Assembly (NCBI GenBank): GCA_020051175.1
Contig: JAGVJJ010000011.1
Coordinates: 80,257 to 144,256 of the forward strand
Source of the DNA: Bacteroidia bacterium
GTDB lineage: Bacteria; Bacteroidota; Bacteroidia; 2-12-FULL-35-15
DNA: 64,000 nucleotides
Direction: 5' to 3'
The notes beneath the pieces are model-generated. The model was not told where the DNA came from, made no database searches, and saw only the letters and a program-made list of their open reading frames with translations. Shown piece by piece: positions 43,485-52,397 of the stretch. Numbering within the stretch: the stretch's first letter is position 1; each line of letters opens with the position of its first letter. A program made the translations under genes and the position numbers.

Positions 43485-44942
43485 TTGTCAATAGATAACA
43501 ACATAAAATCCTCCTCCCTTTACAGCGAAGACCTTGCCCCAATTGAGCAATCCAAGCGCAGCTGGAACACGTGGAATTATGCTGCTTTGTGGATAAGCAT
43601 GAGCTTGTGCATTCCAACCTACATGCTTGCCAGCTCATTAATTGATGGCGGTATGAACTGGTGGCAGGCGATACTTACCATATTCCTCGGAAATACTGTT
43701 GTGCTTGTACCCATGATTTTGAACGGACATGCTGGAGCGAAATATGGTATTCCATTTCCGGTATTTGCAAGAGCAAGCTTTGGGGTGAAAGGCGCCAACT
43801 TACCTGCAGTGCTTAGGGCCATTGTTGCTTGTGGTTGGTTTGGTATTCAAACCTGGATAGGAGGTTATGCATTATATCAGCTTTTCAAAGTATGGTATCC
43901 CGCGATAGAAAGTATCCCGGATATATTTCCTGCTTCGTGGGAACTAAAAACCGGGCCGGCAATCACCTTTATTTTGTTCTGGTTGCTCAATATGTACATT
44001 GTTTATCTGGGAGTCGACAGCATAAAAAAATTATTGGTCTTCAAAGCGTTTTTTCTTCCTTTAGCAGCTTTGGCTTTGTTGTTTTGGGCTATCTCAGCTA
44101 GCGATGGCGGTTTGGGCACTATTCTGGCTCAACCCTCAAAATTTGCTACCAACGCAGATTTCTGGGCCTACTTCTTTCCCGGGCTCACAGGTATGGTTGG
44201 CTTTTGGGCAACACTCTCCCTTAATATTCCAGACTTTACACGATATGCCGTAAGCCAGCGCGCACAGGTACTTGGGCAAACCATTGCATTGCCTCCTTCC
44301 ATGACTTTATTCGCATTTATAGGTGTGGTTGTAACTTCAGCTACCACCATAATCTTTGGAACCACTATTTGGGATCCTTTGGTACTGGCCGGAAAGTTCG
44401 ATAGCAAAGTATTGGTTTCCATTGCTATGATTGCTGTTGCAATCTCAACCCTGGCAACCAATATTGCCGCTAATATCGTAAGTCCCGCCAACGACTTTGC
44501 AAATCTCGCTCCTTCAAAAATAAGCTTTAAAACAGGAGGCTATATAACAGGAATAATCGGTGTTCTTATTTTTCCATGGAAGCTGATTGCTGATCCAACA
44601 GGTTATATTTTCACGTGGCTGATAGCCTATTCGGGCCTTCTGGGCCCAGTAGGAGGAATCATGATTGCCGACTACTTCTTTATACGCTCCAAAGAGCTTA
44701 AGCTTGAACATCTCTATAAAGAAAAAGGAGAATATACTTATACCAATGGATTCAATTCCGCTGCAATCATTGCGTTGGTACTTGGTATTTTACCCAATAT
44801 CCCTGGCTTCCTGACAACTACAAACGTCATTGATAAAACAACTGTGTGGTCGTGGTTATCTCATTTATATAACTATGCCTGGTTCGTTGGGTTTATTGTT
44901 TCCGGGTTGGTTTATTGGTTCTTAATGAAAACTAAAAAATAA
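43485..44942 (+). CDS. NCS1-family nucleobase:cation symporter
   Basis: A 12-TM pattern with the N-terminal RSWNTWNYAALWISM. The TTG start is taken from the ORF track. Confidence 0.8.
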   Translation: MSIDNNIKSSSLYSEDLAPIEQSKRSWNTWNYAALWISMSLCIPTYMLASSLIDGGMNWWQAILTIFLGNTVVLVPMILNGHAGAKYGIPFPVFARASFGVKGANLPAVLRAIVACGWFGIQTWIGGYALYQLFKVWYPAIESIPDIFPASWELKTGPAITFILFWLLNMYIVYLGVDSIKKLLVFKAFFLPLAALALLFWAISASDGGLGTILAQPSKFATNADFWAYFFPGLTGMVGFWATLSLNIPDFTRYAVSQRAQVLGQTIALPPSMTLFAFIGVVVTSATTIIFGTTIWDPLVLAGKFDSKVLVSIAMIAVAISTLATNIAANIVSPANDFANLAPSKISFKTGGYITGIIGVLIFPWKLIADPTGYIFTWLIAYSGLLGPVGGIMIADYFFIRSKELKLEHLYKEKGEYTYTNGFNSAAIIALVLGILPNIPGFLTTTNVIDKTTVWSWLSHLYNYAWFVGFIVSGLVYWFLMKTKK

Positions 44943-44951
44943 AAATCAATT

Positions 44952-46331
44952 ATGTCGATACTTATTAAAAACGGACACATTGTTACTGCTTCCGAAGATT
45001 TCAAGGCAGATATTTATGTAGAAGGTGAAAAAATTGTTGCCATAGGTAAGGACCTGAAATACGATGCACAAAAAGTGATTGATGCATCCGGAAAGCTTGT
45101 TTTTCCCGGAGGTATTGACCCTCATGTTCACCTGGATATGCCATTCATGGGAACATCCTCCAGCGATGATTATGAAACGGGAACACGCGCGGCTTTACAC
45201 GGTGGCACCACAATGGTAATTGACTTTATTCTACAAACACAAGGTGATACTTTATACAACGCGTTGCGTGCCTGGCAAAAACGCTCGGAGAAAGCAATTG
45301 GTGACTATTCCTACCACATGGCTGTTACTGACTTTAATGACAACACTGCCAAAGAAGTAGTTGAACTGATAGAAAAAGAAGGCATCACGTCCTTTAAAAC
45401 ATTTATGGCGTACAAAGGTGCATTGATGATTGACGATGGACAAATGGTCCAGTTGATGCGTACTCTGAAGAAGCATGGTGGACTTATCACTGTTCACGCT
45501 ACCAATGGTGATATGATCGACTCACTTATTTCAATGCACAGGAAAGAAGGAAAATTATCACCATTATACCACTATTTGTCACAACCCGAAATAACGGAAG
45601 CTGAAGCATCTGAACGCTTTTCAGATATGCTGTATTACACAGGCTGTCCCGGCTACATTGTACACATGACCTGTGAAGGTGCGCTAAATGCGGTTCGCAG
45701 GGCATCTACCCGCAATCAGAAAGTGTTTGTTGAAACCTGTTCGCAATACTTAATGCTGGATGCATCTTTATATGAAAAAGGATTCGAGGGTGCAAAATGG
45801 GTAATGAGCCCTCCCTTACGCGAAAAGAAAGACCAAACGGCCTTGTGGAGTGGTATCAACCAGGGATTGGTTCAGGTGGTTGGAACCGACCATTGTCCGT
45901 TTATGTGGGAGCAAAAGAAAATGGGTGAAAACGATTTTTCAAAAATTCCTAACGGACACCCAGCCATCGAACACCGCATGGAATTTGTGTTTTCAGAAGG
46001 TGTTGCAAAAGGAAAAATTTCACTTTCAAAATTTGTTGAGGTTACATCCACCAACGCTGCAAAAATATTCGGTATGTATCCGCGTAAAGGTACTTTGTCT
46101 ATTGGAGCTGATGCCGACATTGTAGTATTTGACCCAAATAAAAAACATATTATATCCGTTAAAACACACCACATGAATGTGGACTACTCGGCCTACGAAG
46201 GTTGGGAAGTAACAGGTAAATGTGAAACCGTACTGCTACGCGGACAAGTTGCAATTGAAAATGAAAAATGCCTGCTCACAAAGGGCAACGGAAAATTCAT
46301 TCCAAGAAATAAAATATCTGGCATTATTTGA
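44952..46331 (+). CDS. Dihydropyrimidinase (D-hydantoinase)
   Basis: Metal-binding motif GGIDPHVHLDMPF; 459 aa. Confidence 0.9.
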   Translation: MSILIKNGHIVTASEDFKADIYVEGEKIVAIGKDLKYDAQKVIDASGKLVFPGGIDPHVHLDMPFMGTSSSDDYETGTRAALHGGTTMVIDFILQTQGDTLYNALRAWQKRSEKAIGDYSYHMAVTDFNDNTAKEVVELIEKEGITSFKTFMAYKGALMIDDGQMVQLMRTLKKHGGLITVHATNGDMIDSLISMHRKEGKLSPLYHYLSQPEITEAEASERFSDMLYYTGCPGYIVHMTCEGALNAVRRASTRNQKVFVETCSQYLMLDASLYEKGFEGAKWVMSPPLREKKDQTALWSGINQGLVQVVGTDHCPFMWEQKKMGENDFSKIPNGHPAIEHRMEFVFSEGVAKGKISLSKFVEVTSTNAAKIFGMYPRKGTLSIGADADIVVFDPNKKHIISVKTHHMNVDYSAYEGWEVTGKCETVLLRGQVAIENEKCLLTKGNGKFIPRNKISGII

Positions 46332-46426
46332 AATAACCTGGAGCATACACAGCACGAATAACAGATAAACAATAACCTAATAACCAATAACTGTTAACTA
46401 TTAACTATTAACTAATAACTATTAAA
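46332..46426. repeat. ATAAC/TTAAC heptad array, single orientation
   Basis: Sequence aaataacc...cgaataacagataaacaataacctaataaccaataactgttaactattaactattaactaataactatt fills the whole spacer. Confidence 0.7.
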
Positions 46427-46428
46427 CC

Positions 46429-47295
46429 ATGCCAAGAATCATTAAATCAGGACTAATCCAAATGAGCCTTCCGAAAACAGAAGGAGAAGGAACTATACAG
46501 GAAATATGCGATGCAATGGTGCAAAAGCACATTCCATTCATTGAAGAAGCAGGAAAAAAAGGCGTTCAGATACTTTGTTTACAGGAAATTTTCAATACCC
46601 CATATTTCTGCCCGGGACAGGACAAAAAATGGTACGCCTCCGCAGAATCAGTTCCAGGGCCTACTACAGACCTGATGGCTACTTATGCAAAAAAATACAA
46701 TATGGTAATTATTGTTCCTATTTATGAAAAAGAACAATCAGGTGTTTTATACAATACAGCTGCAGTAATTGATGCAGACGGGACCTACCTTGGAAAATAC
46801 CGCAAAAATCACATCCCTCACACTTCAGGTTTCTGGGAAAAATTCTTTTTCAAACCAGGCAATTTAGGTTACCCGGTTTTCCAGACAAAATACGCAAAAG
46901 TAGGAGTTTACATTTGTTATGATCGCCACTTCCCCGATGGAGCGAGAGCTTTAGGACTTAATGGTGCAGAGATTGTTTACAACCCATCGGCAACCGTTGC
47001 TGGCTTATCGCAATATTTATGGAAGCTGGAACAACCTGCACACGCTGCAGCTAACGGAAATTTCTGGGGATGCATCAACCGTGTAGGTGAAGAAAAACCG
47101 TGGAACTTAGGTAAGTTTTATGGTAACTCCTATTTTGTTGATCCTCGCGGACAAATTTTTGCATGTGCATCCGAAGATAAAGATGAGTTGTTAATTGCTG
47201 AATTCGATCTGGACATGATCGATGAAGTAAGAAGCACCTGGCAGTTTTTCCGCGACCGCAGACCGGAAACGTATGGTGTGCTTACGGAGTTGTAG
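46429..47295 (+). CDS. Carbon-nitrogen hydrolase (nitrilase superfamily), probable beta-ureidopropionase
   Basis: Catalytic-Cys context is VYICYDRHFPDGAR. Function is assigned from operon context. Confidence 0.75.
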   Translation: MPRIIKSGLIQMSLPKTEGEGTIQEICDAMVQKHIPFIEEAGKKGVQILCLQEIFNTPYFCPGQDKKWYASAESVPGPTTDLMATYAKKYNMVIIVPIYEKEQSGVLYNTAAVIDADGTYLGKYRKNHIPHTSGFWEKFFFKPGNLGYPVFQTKYAKVGVYICYDRHFPDGARALGLNGAEIVYNPSATVAGLSQYLWKLEQPAHAAANGNFWGCINRVGEEKPWNLGKFYGNSYFVDPRGQIFACASEDKDELLIAEFDLDMIDEVRSTWQFFRDRRPETYGVLTEL

Positions 47296-47301
47296 AGATG
47301 T

Positions 47302-47448
47302 TGGTAGTTATCGGTTATTTGTTATAGGTTATTTGTTATTTCTGTAATTCATTGTCAATTAACCCATAACTGATAACAATAACTGATAACTGTTAACCAA
47401 TAACTGATAACCATTAATAAATAACCCAATAACAGATAACTAAATAAA
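47302..47448. repeat. Spacer hairpin: GTTAT arm (47302-47343) plus ATAAC arm (47363-47448)
   Basis: tagttatcggttatt (47305-47319) pairs with aataacagataacta (47428-47442) at 14 of 15 positions. Confidence 0.75.
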
Positions 47449-47450
47449 CA

Positions 47451-48770
47451 ATGGCCGAATACAAAAGACCCTCTTCCGAACTGGAATTTGAAGCAAATTT
47501 CGCTCAGAAGAAACCCTTGATGAACAGCACTGAAGCGTATTACGAAAGCTCACGCTGTTTATTTTGCTACGATGCGCCCTGCATGAATGCTTGTCCTACA
47601 CATATTGATATTCCGTTATTTATCAAACAAATTCATACAGGAAATGTGGAAGGCGCTGCAAAAACCATTTACGATTCCAACTGGATGGGAAATGCATGTG
47701 CAAAGGTTTGCCCTACGGGAGTTTTATGTGAAGGAGCCTGCGTGTATAACAACCAGCATGTGAAACCGATTGAAATTGGGCGTTTGCAGAACTACGCTAC
47801 ATTGGCAGCCATCAAACAAAATAAAAAAATTGCGGAACCAGGTGTTCCCAATGGTAAAAAAGTAGCTATTATCGGTGCCGGACCAGCGGGCTTATCTGCG
47901 GCCTGTGAACTGCGAACATTGGGATATATGGTAGATGTTTTTGAAGCAAAAGCCAAACCAACCGGACTTACGGTATACGGTGTAGCGCCTTACAAAATCA
48001 ATAATGAAGAGGCATTGCAGGAAGAAGAATATTTACAAAAACAATTGGGTTATAATGTATTTTATAACAAGCCAATTAATACATCTGAGCAGCTAAAAGA
48101 AATAGAATCGTCATACGATGCTGTATTCTTAGGCGTTGGTCTTGGAACTACCGCTTCGCTTGGGATTCCGGGCGAAGATGGAAGCAATGTTATCGGGGCA
48201 GTGGAGTTCATTGAGGATTTGCGTATGAAACATCATACGATAAAAATTCCTTCAAGAGTTGTAGTTATCGGAGGTGGAAATACCGCCATGGATGCAGCTT
48301 CTGAAAGTGCAAGAATGGGTGCAGAAAAAGTAACTCTTGCATACAGACGTGATAAAGCAGGAATGGGTGCCTACAAATTTGAATACGACCTTGCCCTGAG
48401 TGCAGGAGTTACAAGCCTTTTCAACGCCTCACCAGTTGAAATAACTGCGCAGGGAGTAAAATTTATCAGAACACAGGAAGTGAACGGCAAGCTTGAAAAC
48501 ATTGCAGGCAGTGAGTTTACACTTGAATGCGACCTTGTTATAAAAGCAACCGGACAAGCTAAAATGGGTTCACTGTTAAAACAAATTAGTGGAGTACAGT
48601 TGGACAAAAGCAACCGCATTGTTGTAAATATGGAAACCTATCAGACCGGCAATCCAAAATATTTTGCAGGAGGCGATGCCGTAAATGGCGGAGCTGAAGT
48701 GGTAAACGGAGCCTATGAAGGAAAAATGGCTGCGAAAGGAATAGATAAATGGCTGAAGACTGGTAAATAG
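47451..48770 (+). CDS. preT: NAD-dependent dihydropyrimidine dehydrogenase, PreT-like subunit
   Basis: Fe-S motif CLFCYDAPCMNACP and dinucleotide fold VAIIGAGPAGLSAA. Confidence 0.85.
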   Translation: MAEYKRPSSELEFEANFAQKKPLMNSTEAYYESSRCLFCYDAPCMNACPTHIDIPLFIKQIHTGNVEGAAKTIYDSNWMGNACAKVCPTGVLCEGACVYNNQHVKPIEIGRLQNYATLAAIKQNKKIAEPGVPNGKKVAIIGAGPAGLSAACELRTLGYMVDVFEAKAKPTGLTVYGVAPYKINNEEALQEEEYLQKQLGYNVFYNKPINTSEQLKEIESSYDAVFLGVGLGTTASLGIPGEDGSNVIGAVEFIEDLRMKHHTIKIPSRVVVIGGGNTAMDAASESARMGAEKVTLAYRRDKAGMGAYKFEYDLALSAGVTSLFNASPVEITAQGVKFIRTQEVNGKLENIAGSEFTLECDLVIKATGQAKMGSLLKQISGVQLDKSNRIVVNMETYQTGNPKYFAGGDAVNGGAEVVNGAYEGKMAAKGIDKWLKTGK

Positions 48771-48960
48771 TTATTGAGTTATCAGTTATCAGTTATTCGT
48801 TATTGAGGGATAGCTAAAGAATAAATAAATTCAATAACCCACCAAATAACTAATAACCCAATAACAGATAACCAATAACCAATAACAGATAACCATTAAC
48901 CCATTAACCCATTAACCCAATAACCAATAACCGATAACCTAATAACTCAATAACGAATAA
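48768..48960. repeat. Spacer hairpin: GTTAT arm (48768-48814) plus long ATAAC/TTAAC arm (48831-48960)
   Basis: A perfect 15-nt complement pairs ttattcgttattgag (48793-48807) with ctcaataacgaataa (48946-48960). Confidence 0.75.
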
Positions 48961-48964
48961 GAAA

Positions 48965-50305
48965 ATGGACTTATCAATAAATTTCGCAGGAATAAAATCT
49001 CCAAACCCTTTCTGGCTGGCTTCCGCACCTCCAACCAATTCAGGCTACCAGATCATGAAAGCCTTTGATGCTGGCTGGGGCGGTGCTGTATGGAAAACAT
49101 TGGGTGTTCCTGTAGTGAATGTTTCCAGCCGTTACGGTTCTGTTAATTACCGGAACACACGTATGGCAGGCTTTAATAACATTGAGCTGATCACCGATCG
49201 TCCTTTAGCCGATAACCTAAGGGAAATAGAAGAAGTAAAAAAATATTTTCCCAATCATGCCGTAATCGCCTCACTCATGGTGGAAACCAAAGAGCAGTGG
49301 CATGCAATTATAAAAGATGTGCAAAATGCAGGAGCCGATGGTATTGAATTAAATTTCGGCTGTCCGCACGGAATGTGCGAAAGAGGCATGGGTTCAGCCG
49401 TAGGCCAGGAGCCGGAAGTATTGCAAACCATTGTAGGCTGGGTAATGGAAGCAGCTAAAATACCTGTAATTACAAAGCTCTCACCTAACATTTCACACAT
49501 TACCGACCCTGGGCTGGCTGCGGTTAAAGGTGGTACAGATGCAATCTCCTTGATCAATACGATTAAAAGTATTGTTGGAATCGACTTGGATACCTATGCT
49601 CCCTATCCTGTAGTAGACGGCAAAGGTAGCAATGGCGGGTATTGCGGACCAGCAGTAAAACCAATTGCGCTGCAAATGCTGCGCGAACTGGCATGCGATA
49701 AAGAAATTAACAAAGTGCCTATCAGCGGTATAGGTGGAATTGAAACATGGAGAGATGTAGTGGAGTTCATTTTGCTTGGCGCAACATCCGTGCAGGTATG
49801 TACAGCTGCCATGCACTATGGCTTTGGAATTGTAAGGGAAATGGAAGCTGGACTTATTCAGTTTATGAAGGATAAAGGCTATACTACTATCTATGATTTT
49901 GCTGGTAAGGCATTGCCAAATGTAACTGAATGGAAACATCTGAACCTGAAGCATAAAGTAGTTGCAAATATAAACCCCGACAAATGTGTTGGTTGTGAGC
50001 TATGTTACATAGCCTGCGATGATGGCGCTCACCAGGCAATCGGCCTCACAGAGGGTAGCAGAGTACCGCATATAATAGAAGAGAATTGTGTGGGCTGTAA
50101 CCTCTGCTCGCTGGTTTGTCCGGTAGAAGGTTGTATTACCATGCAAAAGCGCGATGATGGCACACAACATTTAACCTGGGATGAAAGAACAAAAGCCAAC
50201 AATATTCCTGTAACCTTTAACGATGAACTTGCCGGTGGCCGCCATCACTGGGTTCCGGCACCTGTCGATGCGCTTAAGAACAAGAGGAAGGATATGAGAA
50301 GGTAA
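48965..50305 (+). CDS. preA: NAD-dependent dihydropyrimidine dehydrogenase, PreA-like subunit
   Basis: DHOD-like core ELNFGCPHGM plus two C-terminal 4Fe-4S motifs, CVGCELCYIACDD and CVGCNLCSLVCP. Confidence 0.9.
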   Translation: MDLSINFAGIKSPNPFWLASAPPTNSGYQIMKAFDAGWGGAVWKTLGVPVVNVSSRYGSVNYRNTRMAGFNNIELITDRPLADNLREIEEVKKYFPNHAVIASLMVETKEQWHAIIKDVQNAGADGIELNFGCPHGMCERGMGSAVGQEPEVLQTIVGWVMEAAKIPVITKLSPNISHITDPGLAAVKGGTDAISLINTIKSIVGIDLDTYAPYPVVDGKGSNGGYCGPAVKPIALQMLRELACDKEINKVPISGIGGIETWRDVVEFILLGATSVQVCTAAMHYGFGIVREMEAGLIQFMKDKGYTTIYDFAGKALPNVTEWKHLNLKHKVVANINPDKCVGCELCYIACDDGAHQAIGLTEGSRVPHIIEENCVGCNLCSLVCPVEGCITMQKRDDGTQHLTWDERTKANNIPVTFNDELAGGRHHWVPAPVDALKNKRKDMRR

Positions 50306-50312
50306 TTGCTTA

Positions 50313-50345
50313 AGTTATTGAGTTATCAGTTATTAGTTATTAGAT
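50313..50345. repeat. Terminal GTTAT-type heptad array (no partner arm downstream)
   Basis: Sequence agttattgagttatcagttattagttattagat lies directly after the preA stop. Confidence 0.65.
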
Positions 50346-50393
50346 AATAGGTAAAGAAAATTTATTCATAATTTTTGTAATCTTTTACACCCA

Positions 50394-50446
50394 TTCTCGA
50401 CAAGCCCGAAATACACCGCGCGCTGTCATTTCGAGCTTGTCGAGAA
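50394..50446. repeat. Small palindromic element (12-bp perfect inverted repeat ttctcgacaagc / gcttgtcgagaa) containing 'TCATTTCGAGC'
   Basis: The inverted repeat was read directly. A partial second copy, ttatcatttcgagcctgccgggaaac, lies at 37087-37113. Confidence 0.45.
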
Positions 50447-50600
50447 ACAGGCGGTGGCTAAACCACCTTCCTTTACAAGATTTCAAATATTGATAAGGAT
50501 TGGTGGATAGGAAGTAACATATAATCCTCTATTCTCTTTTTTTTACCCAAAAACCTTAAAAAATCAAATTAATTAAATAATTTTGCATCCCTAACGTATT

Positions 50601-50682
50601 GCCCTCGTGCTGAAACTGGCAGACAGGCTAGACTCAGGATCTAGTGTCGTAAGACGTGGGGGTTCGAATCCCCCCGAGGGCA
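50601..50682 (+). tRNA. tRNA-Leu (anticodon CAG), long variable arm, CCA not encoded
   Basis: Acceptor stem is GCCCTCG/CGAGGGC. The anticodon loop is CT-CAG-GA on stem CTAGA/TCTAG. The T-arm is GGGGG-TTCGAAT-CCCCC and the discriminator is A. Confidence 0.9.
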
Positions 50683-50688
50683 CAACAA

Positions 50689-50721
50689 AAACACCATTGA
50701 CAATTCAGTGGTGTTTTTTAT
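50689..50721 (+). terminator. Rho-independent terminator after tRNA-Leu
   Basis: Stem aacaccattga / tcagtggtgtt (10/11) followed by tttttta. Confidence 0.6.
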
Positions 50722-50766
50722 TTTAACATTAGTATCTTAGCTATTGAATTATTATCAGTCAGGTGA

Positions 50767-51888
50767 ATGGAAAATAAAAGTTACGATGTAATTATAGTTG
50801 GTGCCGGAGGCGCAGGCCTTATGCTTGCCAGGGAACTAGGGTTAAAAAAACGTAAGGTGTTACTGCTGGAGCGTAAAATGGATTTGCTTAATCTTTCCTT
50901 TAAAACACTTGGCAGTTTTATGAATATTAAGGAATTCAATCTGTCACCGGAGGTAGTGGCTGCTGACATAAACACCATGACACTTTACTCCAAAAACATC
51001 AAGTGTTCAGCGGTAACCAAAGCCTGTATACTGGACAAGGAATATCTGCATAAGCATCTCATTGATATTATTGATAAAAACTACGTTGATATACAAACGG
51101 GGATAAGTATCAAATCCTATAGTGCGGATGCAAACGGGAATTTAACGGATATAATTGATGACAATGGTAATAAATACCGTGCTACCTGCTATGTTGATGC
51201 GACAGGCCTTTCCGGAGTTTTAAGCAAACAGAAGGGCTTACAGGACAAAAAGCCGGATGTGGCCGTTGGTGTAGAATACAATGTGAAATACAAAGGCAGA
51301 ACGGATGAAGCGCACTTGTATCTGGGGAATCATTATGAAGGAGGATATGGATGGCTGTTTCCTCTAAAAAACAACAGGGCGATACTGGGCTTTGGCTCTT
51401 TTGATAATCTTGTGATAAATGAGCTGAAGCTGCGGTTAAATAAAATGCTAGCCATTCCTCACATTGCAGCCATTGTGGAAAAAGACAATGATACTGCCGA
51501 GGGCGGAATACTTCCTATTACTGATGTAAAAACAAAGGTTGTCCAAAACAATCTGATATGTGTAGGTGATTCCGTTTCTCAGGTAAACCCTGTTGTAGGC
51601 GAAGGATATAAATTTATTTTCAGGGCGGCTGTTATGGCAGCAAATGCCATTGAAAAAGCCTTATCTCAAAATAACATTGCCCTTCTTACTGAATATGAAC
51701 AGCAATGGAACAAGCAATATTATAATTATTACAGGAAAGCGAAGCGTATGCAGCAGGCACTTATGGACTACAGCAAAAGTGATAGCAAAGTGGACTTCGG
51801 CATGCTGTTCCTGAAAACAAAGCGCGACAAGACAATAACAAAAATTATATCAGGGGAGTTTACTAAAAGGGAAGCGTACCTACCCTAA
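50767..51888 (+). CDS. FAD-dependent oxidoreductase (geranylgeranyl-reductase-like)
   Basis: N-terminal dinucleotide fold is VIIVGAGGAGLMLA; 373 aa. Confidence 0.7.
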   Translation: MENKSYDVIIVGAGGAGLMLARELGLKKRKVLLLERKMDLLNLSFKTLGSFMNIKEFNLSPEVVAADINTMTLYSKNIKCSAVTKACILDKEYLHKHLIDIIDKNYVDIQTGISIKSYSADANGNLTDIIDDNGNKYRATCYVDATGLSGVLSKQKGLQDKKPDVAVGVEYNVKYKGRTDEAHLYLGNHYEGGYGWLFPLKNNRAILGFGSFDNLVINELKLRLNKMLAIPHIAAIVEKDNDTAEGGILPITDVKTKVVQNNLICVGDSVSQVNPVVGEGYKFIFRAAVMAANAIEKALSQNNIALLTEYEQQWNKQYYNYYRKAKRMQQALMDYSKSDSKVDFGMLFLKTKRDKTITKIISGEFTKREAYLP

Positions 51889-51917
51889 TATACAAGGTGT
51901 TATAACTTTATCATAAA

Positions 51918-52253
51918 ATGGCGAAGAGTAACAAAAACTTTAAGATGGCTAAGCAGAAGACTCTTATGCAAAAAAAATATAAAAACTTTATTCTATACTC
52001 ATGGCTTTTTCTAGTGCTGGGTGTTCTGTTATTTGGACTTGGAATAGTTAAATATGCTTTTGGGCAACCAGAGGTAGGAGTTAATTTAAGCAAACTTCAA
52101 CCAACAATATCGAACGGTTCAATACTATTAATTTTAGGGTTAGGCTTCTTTTTTATAGGGCTGTACCGGCTGCTAACTAGTGCGAAATCCTTTAATACGC
52201 TTTTAGAAATTGAAAAAATAGAGCAAATAAAAAAAAGCAAATTCAAAAATTAG
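51918..52253 (+). CDS. Small membrane protein (111 aa)
   Basis: Two hydrophobic helices follow a K-rich N-terminus. Confidence 0.4.
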   Translation: MAKSNKNFKMAKQKTLMQKKYKNFILYSWLFLVLGVLLFGLGIVKYAFGQPEVGVNLSKLQPTISNGSILLILGLGFFFIGLYRLLTSAKSFNTLLEIEKIEQIKKSKFKN

Positions 52254-52316
52254 CGAGAAAAAGGACTTAGTGAAATAAATTTTTGTAAAGTTTACTTATC
52301 AACACACAGTAAAACA

Positions 52317-52350
52317 AAGACCAGCCCTAACAATTAGCTGGTCTTCTTTT
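52317..52350 (+). terminator. Hairpin terminator between convergent genes
   Basis: Stem aagaccagc / gctggtctt followed by cttttc. Confidence 0.5.
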
Positions 52351-52397
52351 CACCACAACATAATATTAAAAAAAAAGTCCTGGCACCAACAAGTTTT

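Noticed and set aside
43366-43638. ORF-track entries 43366..43638(-), 55681..55959(-), 32141..32377(+) and 39587..39946(+) as genes.
   Set aside because: They span heptad arrays, terminators or intergenic promoter regions, overlap well-supported genes, and have implausible composition. They are treated as artefacts.
41434-50345. Possibility that the regularly repeated GTTAT/ATAAC arrays are a CRISPR array.
   Set aside because: Units are only 6-8 nt and directly abut each other, with no unique spacers of ~30 nt. The arrays are split over several intergenic gaps, and no cas genes are in the window.
50601-50682. tRNA-Leu as the integration site of a genomic island.
   Set aside because: No integrase flanks it, I found no direct repeat of the tRNA 3' end in the window, and the flanking genes are ordinary metabolic genes. 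The accessory region ends 28 kb away.
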